A DNA stretch of 64,000 bases from Spirochaetota bacterium (GTDB taxonomy: Bacteria > Spirochaetota > Brevinematia > DTOW01): positions 76,684 to 140,683 of the forward strand of contig JANXAC010000001.1 of the NCBI GenBank assembly GCA_025061835.1. The letters run 5' to 3'. Made by a program: the position numbers and the translations under genes. The notes beneath the pieces are model-generated. The model saw only the letters and a list, made by a program, of their open reading frames with translations, was not told the DNA's origin and did not search any database. This document shows positions 43,875-54,100 of the stretch, one piece after another; the stretch's first letter is position 1; the number at the start of each line of letters is the position of its first letter.

Positions 43875-45233
43875 TTGAATATATTTGTTTTTATGAGGTT
43901 GGTACTGAGAATTTTGTTGATTCTAACTACAACTCAAGCATTAATATTCGCAAACGTAAACAATCTCCTGCCATCACAACCTGCTCTAGTTGTAAAATTC
44001 CAGAGTTTTAAGTATTTTAACGAGAACTTGTCAAATCTCATCTTGCTTATGTTCCCAAGATCTTATAACGAGACTATGAGCTCTATAAAATCATATTTTG
44101 AAGAAATATTCGGTGTTGATATAACTGAATTGAGTAATCTTGAAAGTATAGGAATTAGCACAAATAGAGAGTTTGGATTCGGCTTTAATCGTAAGGGGCA
44201 ACCTTTCATAATACTACCGATAAGCACAACAAACCTTGATGAGAGAATAGTAAGACTTCAAAATATACTCTATAAACTAGCATTCACAAGTTTTACATTC
44301 ACGAGAGACTACATAATAGCGACTGGTAAGGACTTTGAGAAAAGTATGGTATCACAACTTCCAAGTGACTATAATGTATATCTGTCAAACCCTGTTTTTG
44401 ACACAATAACTCCTTTCAAGATACCTTTAGCATTTTCAGAGAACTACCTAGTAGTTAAGTTGAAGACAATATCTTCTAACTTGATTTCACTAGAACTCTT
44501 TCAAACTCCCGTTATGCTTGAGATAACAAATCAGTCGTTCAGGCTTGACAACATAAGTTATACATTTCAAAAGGATAGTATTCCAATAATTATTGACCTC
44601 AAGATGAGACCGATAGATATCATTTCCAACATTCGCTTTTTTGAGAGAACCATTGATCTAGGAATATACAAAATCCTTACTAACTTTGAGAAGGAGTTTG
44701 AAGTTAACACTATTGAAGTAATCACGAATCTTGTAGGTCCCTCAACATTCTTTATATACGGTTATAACAACGAACTCAACAACAAAATAATGTTCGTATC
44801 TTCAGTAAACGACCAAAACCTTATGATCAGGACGATTGATAGAATGGCTAGAGAAATGGCTAGAAAAAGAGATGTGTTTAAGTTCTCAATTTTTGACAAA
44901 ACATTCTACAGACTACCTATAAAAGAAAACCATAATCTCTATGTAGGTGTAATATTCAACAGATTTATAGTATCTACTGATAGAGATATTCTAATAGGTT
45001 TTGTTAGGAATATAGCAAATGATGTTAAAGAATTTACAGAAGAGCATAAGGGAGCAATAAATGTAGTGATCAATTCGCAACCTACATTAAACAACACTGT
45101 TAGAATAAACACTTCGGAAGTCAATCCTTTTATCCGACAGATACTACCGCTTGTTGTTCAGAGCAAGAGAGTAATAATCTCATCACAGATAGTTACAAAC
45201 ACTGTTTATAGTTCTATCAACATTGAATACTAA
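43875..45233 (+). CDS. hypothetical secreted protein
   Basis: 452 aa with a signal peptide. No recognisable domain. Confidence 0.4.
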   Translation: MNIFVFMRLVLRILLILTTTQALIFANVNNLLPSQPALVVKFQSFKYFNENLSNLILLMFPRSYNETMSSIKSYFEEIFGVDITELSNLESIGISTNREFGFGFNRKGQPFIILPISTTNLDERIVRLQNILYKLAFTSFTFTRDYIIATGKDFEKSMVSQLPSDYNVYLSNPVFDTITPFKIPLAFSENYLVVKLKTISSNLISLELFQTPVMLEITNQSFRLDNISYTFQKDSIPIIIDLKMRPIDIISNIRFFERTIDLGIYKILTNFEKEFEVNTIEVITNLVGPSTFFIYGYNNELNNKIMFVSSVNDQNLMIRTIDRMAREMARKRDVFKFSIFDKTFYRLPIKENHNLYVGVIFNRFIVSTDRDILIGFVRNIANDVKEFTEEHKGAINVVINSQPTLNNTVRINTSEVNPFIRQILPLVVQSKRVIISSQIVTNTVYSSINIEY

Positions 45234-45670
45234 TTTTTTAGGTTCAATCAGTCAGTAGATTTTGATTTCTACTGGATGATCAGGTAAGTTCTTAAACTAT
45301 TTTTATCTAACTTGCTCTTTCTTCTAGACGGTTTTTTAGTTAAGAGGCTCATTCAGCACTAAAGTATTCAAATATTGTAACAAAAGAAATGCACTTGGTT
45401 ATGAATTTTTATATGAGTTTCGGGGCTTTGTTACTGAGTTAAGGTTTTATTTCTTGCAACTAGGAGATGATTGCTTTGAGGCAAAATCTTTGTGTTAGTT
45501 ATTTTACAGTAGTCCGAGATATTGTACACTGAATCTCTATTTTACTTCTAGAGTTCAAGGAACTCCTTTTAAAATCTTTAGGCTATATGGTAATTCAAGA
45601 TAACTTGAAATTTGTGAAGGTATCCTTTGCACTCCAACGATTATATCGAAGTTTTCAGATTTGCTTTGAA

Positions 45671-46645
45671 TTACTTGTTTCTTAACTTTCTGTGCCAATT
45701 CCAAGCGTGATTAATTATATCTTCAATACCATATTCTGGTGTCCAGTTCAAAACCTTCTTTGCTTTGTCACTCTTTGCTATTAGGATGGGTGGATCTCCA
45801 GGTCTTCGCTCAACTTCTTCAACTGGGAAGTTAATCTTCGTAACTTTCTTGACTGTATCTATAATTTCTCTTACGCTAAAGCCTGTTCCATTACCTAGAT
45901 TGAAGTAGTTTGAGCTATTACCTTGAAATAGGAATTCAATACCTTTTATATGTGCGGTTGCAAGGTCATTTACGTGAATGTAGTCTCTTATACAAGTTCC
46001 GTCTGGGGTAGGGTAGTCAGTTCCGAATATCTTTATTGACTTTCTGATTCCTAGTGCAGCATCTAAAATGAGGGGTATAAGATGTGTTTCAGGCTCGTGT
46101 GCTTCACCTAGTTCTCCATCAGGGTCTGCACCAGCAGCATTAAAATACCTAAACGCAACATACTTAAGTCCGTGTGCATCAGAATAATCTTTTAAAACCT
46201 GCTCTATCATCCATTTTGTTCTACCATAGGGATTTATAGGATTTTTCACTTCTTCTTCATCTATAGGAACATTCTCTGGCATTCCATATACTGCAGCGGT
46301 TGATGAGAATATTATTTTATCCACTCCAACATCAAGCATAGTATCAAAAAGGTTTAAAGCATTATACAGGTTATTCTGGTAATACTTTCTTGGGTTTTGA
46401 ACTGATTCACCTACCTCAATGTAAGCGCAGAAGTGCATCACGATATCAATCTTGTAGTTCCTTAAGGTAAGTTCTAATTGTTTTCTATCACCTATATCAC
46501 CAAGAACAAGCTTACCATATTTTGCAAGAAATTCATAACCGTGAGATAAGTTGTCATATATTATGACATTATAGCCTTGTTTTGAAAGCAACTTACAAAC
46601 ATGAGAACCGATATACCCGGCACCTCCTGCTACCAAAACATTCAT
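45671..46645 (-). CDS. galE: UDP-glucose 4-epimerase
   Basis: Motifs GGAGYIGSH and YxxxK. Short-chain dehydrogenase/reductase extended family. Confidence 0.85.
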   Translation of the reverse strand: MNVLVAGGAGYIGSHVCKLLSKQGYNVIIYDNLSHGYEFLAKYGKLVLGDIGDRKQLELTLRNYKIDIVMHFCAYIEVGESVQNPRKYYQNNLYNALNLFDTMLDVGVDKIIFSSTAAVYGMPENVPIDEEEVKNPINPYGRTKWMIEQVLKDYSDAHGLKYVAFRYFNAAGADPDGELGEAHEPETHLIPLILDAALGIRKSIKIFGTDYPTPDGTCIRDYIHVNDLATAHIKGIEFLFQGNSSNYFNLGNGTGFSVREIIDTVKKVTKINFPVEEVERRPGDPPILIAKSDKAKKVLNWTPEYGIEDIINHAWNWHRKLRNK

Positions 46646-46655
46646 ATAGACCTCC

Positions 46656-47636
46656 TTATATCTTCATTTTCATAACTTCCCTAACTTCTTCCATAGTTTC
46701 TCTTGCAATTTCTCTAGCCTTTTTTGAGCCTTCCTTTAGTATATCAATAACTTCATCAATATTTTTTTCGTAGTATCGCCTTTTTTCCTTTATAGGTGAG
46801 AGTTTTTCTATTACTTTCTTGGCTATTCTATCCTTACATTCTACACACCCTATCTTCGCAGATGTACATTCATCAATCACTGTGTCAAGAATCTCTTGGT
46901 AGAATATTTTGTACAGAGGAAACGTTTTACAATTGTCAGGATTACCAGGATCAGACCTTCTTATCCTATTCGTATCAGTAACCATTATCTTGATCTTGTT
47001 GTATATTTCTTCCTCGCTATCTTTAAAGTAGATTGCATTATTGTAGCTTTTACTCATCTTGCGACCATCAGTTCCATAGACATGTGCTACCTCACCTAGA
47101 ATTGGTTGCGGTTCTGGAAATACCTCTCCGAAGAGATAGTTAAACCTTCTTACAATCTCTCTGGTTATCTCAAGGTGTGGCAATTGATCCTTACCAACTG
47201 GAACTCTGGTTGCCTTGTAGATCACAATATCGGCTGCTTGTAAGACAGGGTATGCTAGAAAACCAATGTTGTTTAGGTCTCTGTCTTGTAGATTTTCTTT
47301 AGTTTCTTTATAAGTAGGATTTCTCTCAAGCCAGCCTATTGGAGTTATCATTGAAAGGATTGCAAAAAGTTCTGAATGCTCTGGAACCATTGATTGAACG
47401 AAGACAACACTCCTGTTAGGGTCTACTCCTGACGAAAGCCAATCTATAACCATCTCTAAAGTAAGTTCTCTAAGGTTTATATTTCTGTCAAAATCTGTAG
47501 TCATTGCGTGTAAATCGGCGACCATATAAAAACACTGATACTTATCTTGTAATTCTACCCATTGCTTGAGTGCTCCAATATAGTTACCAAGGTGTAGGTA
47601 CCCAGTAGGTCGCATTCCACTCAAAACTCTCTCCAT
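46656..47636 (-). CDS. trpS: tryptophanyl-tRNA synthetase
   Basis: Class I HIGH-type motif (TGYLHLGN) and KMSKS. Confidence 0.85.
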   Translation of the reverse strand: MERVLSGMRPTGYLHLGNYIGALKQWVELQDKYQCFYMVADLHAMTTDFDRNINLRELTLEMVIDWLSSGVDPNRSVVFVQSMVPEHSELFAILSMITPIGWLERNPTYKETKENLQDRDLNNIGFLAYPVLQAADIVIYKATRVPVGKDQLPHLEITREIVRRFNYLFGEVFPEPQPILGEVAHVYGTDGRKMSKSYNNAIYFKDSEEEIYNKIKIMVTDTNRIRRSDPGNPDNCKTFPLYKIFYQEILDTVIDECTSAKIGCVECKDRIAKKVIEKLSPIKEKRRYYEKNIDEVIDILKEGSKKAREIARETMEEVREVMKMKI

Positions 47637-47781
47637 AAACTAATTTTGTATGAACTATTGGTTCATTTCACAAGAAATTTAAAAAAATACTTGAAGGCTC
47701 TTTGACTTTATCTTACTAAATTGTTATTTTTGAAATTAGGATGTATTTCTTAAATAATACTAGATAGGTTCAGGTAAATTT

Positions 47782-48300
47782 ATGACTAGTTCAAGCATAT
47801 CTATACATTTTACCTCTGATGGTATTTTAGTGAAGGTTATAGGTAAGGGGGTGGTTGAGTATTGCCGAGACCTAAAAGAAGATTTAGAAAAACTAGTTCA
47901 AGAGTATGAGAAACTTAATATTTACTTTGACTTATCCAAAGCTACACATCTTGACAGCACATTCATAGGACTGATGGTAGTTTTTGATAAGAAGCTCTCC
48001 AACAGTGGGAAAGGTTCTTTATTTATTCTAAATCCTCCCCCGAAAATAATAGAGATACTATCTTCTATGGATCTTATAGATATACTAAAGATAACTAATA
48101 TAGATGTTCATGTTATAGGCAAATACAAAGATGTTCAGGCTAATATCCAAAAAGATATCGTTGAGCTTAAATTACTTATAGAGACACATAACCATCTTAT
48201 ACAAACAGGTGAAAGGAATAAGGAATTATTCTCTTCGCTTGAGAAAGCCCTGAGGGAGGAACTCAAAAGATATGAACAGGAAAATGGAGAAAACAAGTAG
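47782..48300 (+). CDS. STAS-domain protein with about 60-aa C-terminal coiled-coil extension
   Basis: FDLSKATHLDSTFIGLMVV matches the DLSxVxFxDSxGxGxL pattern of anti-anti-sigma factors. Confidence 0.55.
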   Translation: MTSSSISIHFTSDGILVKVIGKGVVEYCRDLKEDLEKLVQEYEKLNIYFDLSKATHLDSTFIGLMVVFDKKLSNSGKGSLFILNPPPKIIEILSSMDLIDILKITNIDVHVIGKYKDVQANIQKDIVELKLLIETHNHLIQTGERNKELFSSLEKALREELKRYEQENGENK

Positions 48301-50050
48301 CAATCTGTCAAGAATTCTTGAGATAAACAAAAAGATAAATTCGTATTATGATTTGAGAGATATTTTAGAAAACATTTTGTTATCTGCTAGGGAGTTATTT
48401 AACGCATCGGGTGGATCAATCCTTCTGATTGATAATGACAAAAATTTTTTGAGTTTCAAGGTTGTTCATGGTGATGGCAAAGATAAATTAGAAGGATTGA
48501 AGATACCTGTGGATAAAGGCATAGCAGGATATATATTTTCAACTCAAAACCCTGTAATATCCAATGATACAGCGAATGATCCTCGTTTCTTCAGTCAGAT
48601 TGACAAGATAACAGGTCTTAAAACACAGAAAATAATAGGTGTCCCTCTGGTAAAGGATGGAGTGTCTATAGGTGTTATTGAGATCGTGAATAAGGTAGAT
48701 AACAGTGATTTTACAGAGGATGAACTAGAACTTTTGAGAATATTTGCCGAACAAGCAGTAATAGCTATAAACAACGCCATAATGCTTAAGAAGATAAAAG
48801 ATAGAGCTAGAGAACTAGAATATCTATACAATATAAGTAATTCAACTATATCCTCAATACAAAATACGCAAGAAGTTTTCCAAAGTATAATCAAAACTGT
48901 GTCTGAGATAACCAAGGCAAAAAAAATTTCAATAATGACCTTTGATGAAAAAGAAAGAATATTGAAGGTTGTGTCTTCAGTAGGTTTGGAAGAAGAGATT
49001 ATGGATTCCCTATGGGTCAGCATTGACGACCTTAAAAGTCCTGCGGTTGTATCGTATAAAGAAGGTAAGCATATATTGATGGAGAATGTTGATATAGACC
49101 CCATATTCGGACCTAACAAATCCTCAAGGTATAAGGCAAACTCATTTATGATTTTCCCCATAAGGACTCATAATGATATTGTAGGTGTTTTAAATATAAC
49201 TGAAATCCCTGATGGTTTAGGCAAAGTTGAGAAAGAAGATATTGAACTTTTGCAGTTGATAGCTAATCAGATAGGTTATGTCTATGAAAGCATAAGAACC
49301 TATCAGAGAGAGATAGAGAAGAAGGCACTAGATAGAGAGTTAGAAGTGATGAGAAAAATACAGATGGAAATGTTACCATCCAATTTTGATTTCGGGACTA
49401 AATTGGATGTTTATTTCTATGTTGAACCTTATAAGGTGATAGGTGGTGATTTCTATGATGTTTTTTATGTATCGGATGGCAAGTTATGCTTTTTCCTTGG
49501 AGATGTTTCTGGAAAGGGATTACATGCTTCAATATTTATGGCAGCAGTAAAATCAACTCTAAAAGCATTATCCTTTGAATTCAAAGAGCCGAAAAGAGTT
49601 TTAGAAGCATCAAACTCAATAGTATTCCAGTATTCTGAAACTAGCATGTTTTCCACACTATTTTTCGGTTTAATAGATATTGAAAAAATGACGCTTAAGT
49701 TCTCTAACGCAGGACACGGACAACAATTGCTAATAAGAAACGGTGATGTTATACCTCTTTATAACAAAGGATTACCGCTATGCATCTATGATAATGTTAC
49801 TTATGAGCAATCCGAAATTCCTATTCTGAAGGGGGACTTGATTGTTGTTTATTCTGATGGTATCACAGAGTCGGTTAATAGCAATGAAGATATGTTTGGT
49901 GAAAATAGGATTATTGATATCGTGAGCAAGAACTATCACCTTTCTTCCTATGGTATAAGTCAGATTCTACTTACTACTCTCAAAAACTTCAAGGTTGAGA
50001 ACCCAAACTATGATGATGACATATCTCTAGGAATTATAAAGATCCTTTAG
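48272..50050 (+). CDS. GAF-GAF-PP2C serine phosphatase (RsbU/SpoIIE-like)
   Basis: Two GAF-like regions, then a PP2C domain (GGDFYDV...GDVSGKGLHAS...VYSDGITE). Overlaps the upstream STAS gene by 29 nt. Confidence 0.75.
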   Translation: MNRKMEKTSSNLSRILEINKKINSYYDLRDILENILLSARELFNASGGSILLIDNDKNFLSFKVVHGDGKDKLEGLKIPVDKGIAGYIFSTQNPVISNDTANDPRFFSQIDKITGLKTQKIIGVPLVKDGVSIGVIEIVNKVDNSDFTEDELELLRIFAEQAVIAINNAIMLKKIKDRARELEYLYNISNSTISSIQNTQEVFQSIIKTVSEITKAKKISIMTFDEKERILKVVSSVGLEEEIMDSLWVSIDDLKSPAVVSYKEGKHILMENVDIDPIFGPNKSSRYKANSFMIFPIRTHNDIVGVLNITEIPDGLGKVEKEDIELLQLIANQIGYVYESIRTYQREIEKKALDRELEVMRKIQMEMLPSNFDFGTKLDVYFYVEPYKVIGGDFYDVFYVSDGKLCFFLGDVSGKGLHASIFMAAVKSTLKALSFEFKEPKRVLEASNSIVFQYSETSMFSTLFFGLIDIEKMTLKFSNAGHGQQLLIRNGDVIPLYNKGLPLCIYDNVTYEQSEIPILKGDLIVVYSDGITESVNSNEDMFGENRIIDIVSKNYHLSSYGISQILLTTLKNFKVENPNYDDDISLGIIKIL

Positions 50051-50065
50051 TCTTCAATTCAGTAT

Positions 50066-50779
50066 CTATTTCCTATAGTCCATAACTAGAACCAACTTGT
50101 CATACTGAAGATCTGATGGTTGAATGAAATAGTTCCAGTCATTCACCCTAATTTTGTTCTCAAAGTATTCCAAGAATTTATCAACTGGGTCTATATTCCA
50201 TGTCTGTGTTATATTTGTTTTGTAATGCATAGGTATCACAACTTTTGGTGATATCTTGAATACAATATTTGAGGCTACTCTAGCGTCAATAGTGAAATAT
50301 CCTCCTACAGGGACAAAAATGACATCAACCTTCCCTATTCTGGTTATATCTTCTGGCTTAAGGTCATGTCCTAGATCTCCTAAGTGACAGACTCTCAACG
50401 GAACTGCTGTATCATGGAATTCAAGAACAAATATTGAGTTCTTACCTCGGTCTTTACCCATACTCTCATCGTGATATACTGAAACATTAAATATTCTTAT
50501 TCCCATATAGTTTGTATCAATACCTACCCAACTACCATTATTTACTCCCTTGAATACTCTTGGCATACCCAGTCCCATCCTAGCATTACTGTGGTCAAAG
50601 TGTTCGTGTGATATTGTTATTATATTACACTCCACTGGTTCAGTGTTATAACCAACAGATTTATCAAAAGGGTCAGTAAGAATTCTAGTTCCTTTGTCTG
50701 TCTCAAGTAGGAAACAAGAATGTCCTAGGTAACTTATCTTCAATACACCGTTAATGCCCATAATCAAAGTCCTCCTCAA
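50066..50779 (-). CDS. metallo-beta-lactamase-fold hydrolase
   Basis: Zinc-binding HxHxDH motif (SHEHFDHS) plus downstream H and D residues. Confidence 0.7.
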   Translation of the reverse strand: MRRTLIMGINGVLKISYLGHSCFLLETDKGTRILTDPFDKSVGYNTEPVECNIITISHEHFDHSNARMGLGMPRVFKGVNNGSWVGIDTNYMGIRIFNVSVYHDESMGKDRGKNSIFVLEFHDTAVPLRVCHLGDLGHDLKPEDITRIGKVDVIFVPVGGYFTIDARVASNIVFKISPKVVIPMHYKTNITQTWNIDPVDKFLEYFENKIRVNDWNYFIQPSDLQYDKLVLVMDYRK

Positions 50780-50792
50780 TCACAGGATTATT

Positions 50793-51284
50793 TTATTCCA
50801 TAACTTTGAGATTTTCAATATTAATTGTTTTGCTACCGCCGTCGTAGATGATTGTTATATGTGTATCATAACGAATATCGGTGACACTGACATCAATGGG
50901 TGTTAGAATTCTTCTACTCCCATATTTATTGGTTATCTCAATTGTGATACTATTTGGTAATACAGGTTCAAATATTATACTAACTTTATCTCTGTGTGGT
51001 CTTGATATTCTTATGTTATATTTAAAGTTATCTCCTTCAATAACATCTTTTATAAGAAAGTTATCACGCACAAAAAGATTTTTTATGTCGTTCAAGTCTA
51101 CAACACCCAATAGGAACATTACAATTACTATTGCTATAAACGGCATGAATATCCAACGCCTCAGGTATTTCTTCCTCCTTTGATCCTTTTCAAAATGTTC
51201 TATATGGCGATTAAGTCTTTCAAGGTCTTCTTCCTTCAAGTGATAATAATCTTTGTATTGAGGTGGTAATTTTATCTTGTTCAT
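50793..51284 (-). CDS. hypothetical single-pass membrane protein
   Basis: 163 aa with one transmembrane helix (WIFMPFIAIVIVMFLLGVV) after a charged N-terminus. Confidence 0.4.
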   Translation of the reverse strand: MNKIKLPPQYKDYYHLKEEDLERLNRHIEHFEKDQRRKKYLRRWIFMPFIAIVIVMFLLGVVDLNDIKNLFVRDNFLIKDVIEGDNFKYNIRISRPHRDKVSIIFEPVLPNSITIEITNKYGSRRILTPIDVSVTDIRYDTHITIIYDGGSKTINIENLKVME

Positions 51285-51286
51285 TC

Positions 51287-52336
51287 CTAAAACCTTAGCT
51301 CTCCTAGCAAAGACACTCTGAACGATGGCAACTGATTAGTAGAAGTATTTAAAACAAGAAATATTGGTTGTAGTTTTATCAATATGTTGTTATTCTCAAA
51401 ACCTATAAAAGCGCCTAGTTCTGATGAAATAGATATTAGCGTAACTGGTTGTAAAATGTTGTAAATACTGATTATACCTTCAGCACCTATCATTATACTT
51501 CTAAAGAATGATAATCCTATAATGGACCTTATATCAACATCCGAAATATCATTCGTTCTTTGTAATCCTTTGTATATTAGAGGTTTGACTAATAGTGTTA
51601 ATATCTCTTCAAAACCCCATGAATTATCTGCAGAATAGAAATTTAATCTCTGTTCTACTAGAGCATATAACCTATCTGAACTTAGTGATATGTTAGTCAA
51701 ACTTATACTATCAATCCCAGCAACTATATAAGCATTAAGAGATCTAAAAAATGTTTTAAGCTCAACTCCTCCTCTTAAGAATCCTTCAGATATTCCTGAA
51801 AATATTGAGAGTTGAACATCTCTGTATCTACCAACCAACTTAAGTCCCAATGAACCTATTCCTGGTTCAAAAGGACTTCTGTAGATATAGGAACTTATCA
51901 ATATTGCATCTGATAACAACGATAGATCAAGATTTAAACCAGTCCCAGTTATGACATACCATCCCTTGAAGTCAAAGTATTCTGACAACTGATAGAAGCG
52001 CGTCTGTAAAGATGATAAATAACCAAGATATTCCTTGTTTCCATACCAGTAGTAAAGTTTGAAAATATTAAATACATCCACAAAAAACTCTACTTTCTCT
52101 ACAATCACCGAAACATTAGATATGTCACCATAGGATATAGGTGTAAGGATTATCCCACCGCCATACTTATTCCCGCCATTTATATCTAGTAGTATGTCAG
52201 AGTAGAATAGAGTATTAGTTAAGAATAAATGTGAGTATGCTTTCAAGGATGAGGTTATAACAATCTCTGCATCGGATTGCATGCCTAGTGTAATTAATAA
52301 GACTACAAGTAGTAAGACTACTGGTAATTTATTCAT
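51287..52336 (-). CDS. hypothetical outer-membrane beta-barrel-like protein
   Basis: Signal peptide (MNKLPVVLLLVVLLITLGMQSDA), alternating aromatic/hydrophobic strands, and a C-terminal ...LGELRF beta-signal ending in Phe. Confidence 0.45.
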   Translation of the reverse strand: MNKLPVVLLLVVLLITLGMQSDAEIVITSSLKAYSHLFLTNTLFYSDILLDINGGNKYGGGIILTPISYGDISNVSVIVEKVEFFVDVFNIFKLYYWYGNKEYLGYLSSLQTRFYQLSEYFDFKGWYVITGTGLNLDLSLLSDAILISSYIYRSPFEPGIGSLGLKLVGRYRDVQLSIFSGISEGFLRGGVELKTFFRSLNAYIVAGIDSISLTNISLSSDRLYALVEQRLNFYSADNSWGFEEILTLLVKPLIYKGLQRTNDISDVDIRSIIGLSFFRSIMIGAEGIISIYNILQPVTLISISSELGAFIGFENNNILIKLQPIFLVLNTSTNQLPSFRVSLLGELRF

Positions 52337-52456
52337 AAATAGTTCTACCTCCTCATAAAATATTATACTATAGTCTAACATCTTGAATAAAATTATTTGA
52401 TGATAACTTGTAGTATATCTCTACATCTGATTTAAGGTTTTTCAAACAAATTTGAA

Positions 52457-53779
52457 ATGGTACTCTCAACATCTTCAGAATATATGAATATGAAAGTAGA
52501 GTCAGAGGAGAGAGAACTAGGTATATTCCTCTATAATGTGGATCTATCAGAAGATGAGATAAGGGAGATAGAAAATAAGGTAATAGATACTTGGAGAAAG
52601 AATGCTAACATCCCAGGATACAGAAAAGGGATGGTTCCTTTAGAGGTGCTGAAGCAGAGATACTCAAAAGAGATTTATAGAGCATTTGAAGACATGCTGG
52701 AAGACAGAGTAATCTCAGAAGCCAAGAAAAGACATCCATATCCTGTAGATAAAGCTAAGATAATAAGGAGGTATAGAAATAAGAGTAATAGTATAATAAA
52801 AATACCTGGACAGACAGAAAATGATACAGTATTATTCACTGTCAAGGTTTCTAGCCAGACTTCTTTGATACCAAAAGATGAGAATGAGCTAATAGAAAAG
52901 ATCAAAAACATAAGTTTTGTCTCTTATAGTCTGAATGCTGAAACAATAGACTTTGAAGAACTAACAAATCTGTTTTTCTCTTCAAGTAGGGTTGAAAGAC
53001 ATATTGACGACAAGAACCTCAATAACTATGTAGTTGAGATGATAGTAGAATTTGAAGAAGGTAGTCACTATGTTTTAGTTATTCTACCTCTAGAGCTTTT
53101 TCCAGAAACTGCTAAACATCTGCAGTCAAAGAAGATTTCTCAGGAGATTGAACTTCCTATTGATAACAAACTTAAGAATACACTACAAAATTACTATAAC
53201 TCTATCTATGATGAACCTTTGAAGTTAGGAAATAAAATCAAGGTAAAGTTATTCGGTATTTTCGCACTAGACAGAGATAGAAATATTATTGAGAACAATG
53301 TAAGAGCATTTTCGGAAGACCCCTTGACTTTAAGAAACTTCCTATCTGAAAAACTAAAGAACAAGATAAATTCATTCAACTCTTCTAGGCTCATCAACAA
53401 GGTAGTCAGAACTGTGATGAGTAATTCAAAAATACATATCAGTGAGACGGAATATCTCTCCGAACTGTTAGAACACATATCTTGGTCGCTAATACAATAC
53501 AGTGACCTTCCTATACACATATCTAGTCTCGCTATTGATTTGAACTCATACCTTCCAAGATCATTAGAGAGGTTGATAGTTGATAATGTCATAAAATTCA
53601 TATATAAAACTTTCATAGGCAACATCTACAAAATAGACAAAACAAATGATGTAGAGGTTTACTCAAAAGTCTATCAAAAACTTTTAGAGATATGTAATAT
53701 AACTAACAAAAATATCAGCTATAGAGAACTAAAGGAAGAATTTCCTTTCTTATTATATGAGTTTATATTGGATAAATGA
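52457..53779 (+). CDS. tig: trigger factor-like chaperone
   Basis: N-terminal ribosome-binding signature (NIPGYRKGMVPLEVLKQRY, compare GFRxGxxP). Size of about 440 aa is consistent with trigger factor. The start may be an internal MNMKV/MKV. Confidence 0.55.
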   Translation: MVLSTSSEYMNMKVESEERELGIFLYNVDLSEDEIREIENKVIDTWRKNANIPGYRKGMVPLEVLKQRYSKEIYRAFEDMLEDRVISEAKKRHPYPVDKAKIIRRYRNKSNSIIKIPGQTENDTVLFTVKVSSQTSLIPKDENELIEKIKNISFVSYSLNAETIDFEELTNLFFSSSRVERHIDDKNLNNYVVEMIVEFEEGSHYVLVILPLELFPETAKHLQSKKISQEIELPIDNKLKNTLQNYYNSIYDEPLKLGNKIKVKLFGIFALDRDRNIIENNVRAFSEDPLTLRNFLSEKLKNKINSFNSSRLINKVVRTVMSNSKIHISETEYLSELLEHISWSLIQYSDLPIHISSLAIDLNSYLPRSLERLIVDNVIKFIYKTFIGNIYKIDKTNDVEVYSKVYQKLLEICNITNKNISYRELKEEFPFLLYEFILDK

Positions 53780-53791
53780 GGAGGTAAGATT

Positions 53792-54100
53792 ATGTACTAC
53801 CTTATAGAGGTTCAGGGTAAGCAATACAAAGTAAAGCAAGGAGACTACATTACAGTAGATAACTTAAATCTTGAGAAGGGTAGTAAAGTTGTGTTTGACA
53901 AGGTTCTTGCCGTCGTTGAAGACAAAGGCATAGAGTTTGGACAACCTTATGTTAAGGGTAAGAAAGTTGAGGGTATCGTTGAAGAAAACTTCAAAGGAGA
54001 AAAGATCGTAGTCTTCAAATACAGACACAAAGTTAATTGGCGAAGAAAGTATGGTTTTAGACCACACCTTACAAAGGTTAAGATAACATCTCTTTCGTAA
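53792..54100 (+). CDS. rplU: 50S ribosomal protein L21
   Basis: N-terminus MYYLIEVQGKQYKVKQGDY, typical of L21. Confidence 0.85.
   Translation: MYYLIEVQGKQYKVKQGDYITVDNLNLEKGSKVVFDKVLAVVEDKGIEFGQPYVKGKKVEGIVEENFKGEKIVVFKYRHKVNWRRKYGFRPHLTKVKITSLS

Noticed and set aside
47637-47781. Possible T-box leader upstream of trpS.
   Set aside because: The region is only 145 nt. No T-box consensus (AGGGTGGNACCGCG) or specifier or antiterminator arrangement is visible.
52457-53779. Considered calling this ORF a novel protein rather than trigger factor, because clpP and clpX do not follow it.
   Set aside because: The N-terminal GYRKGMVP ribosome-binding signature and the length fit trigger factor. Gene order varies between phyla.
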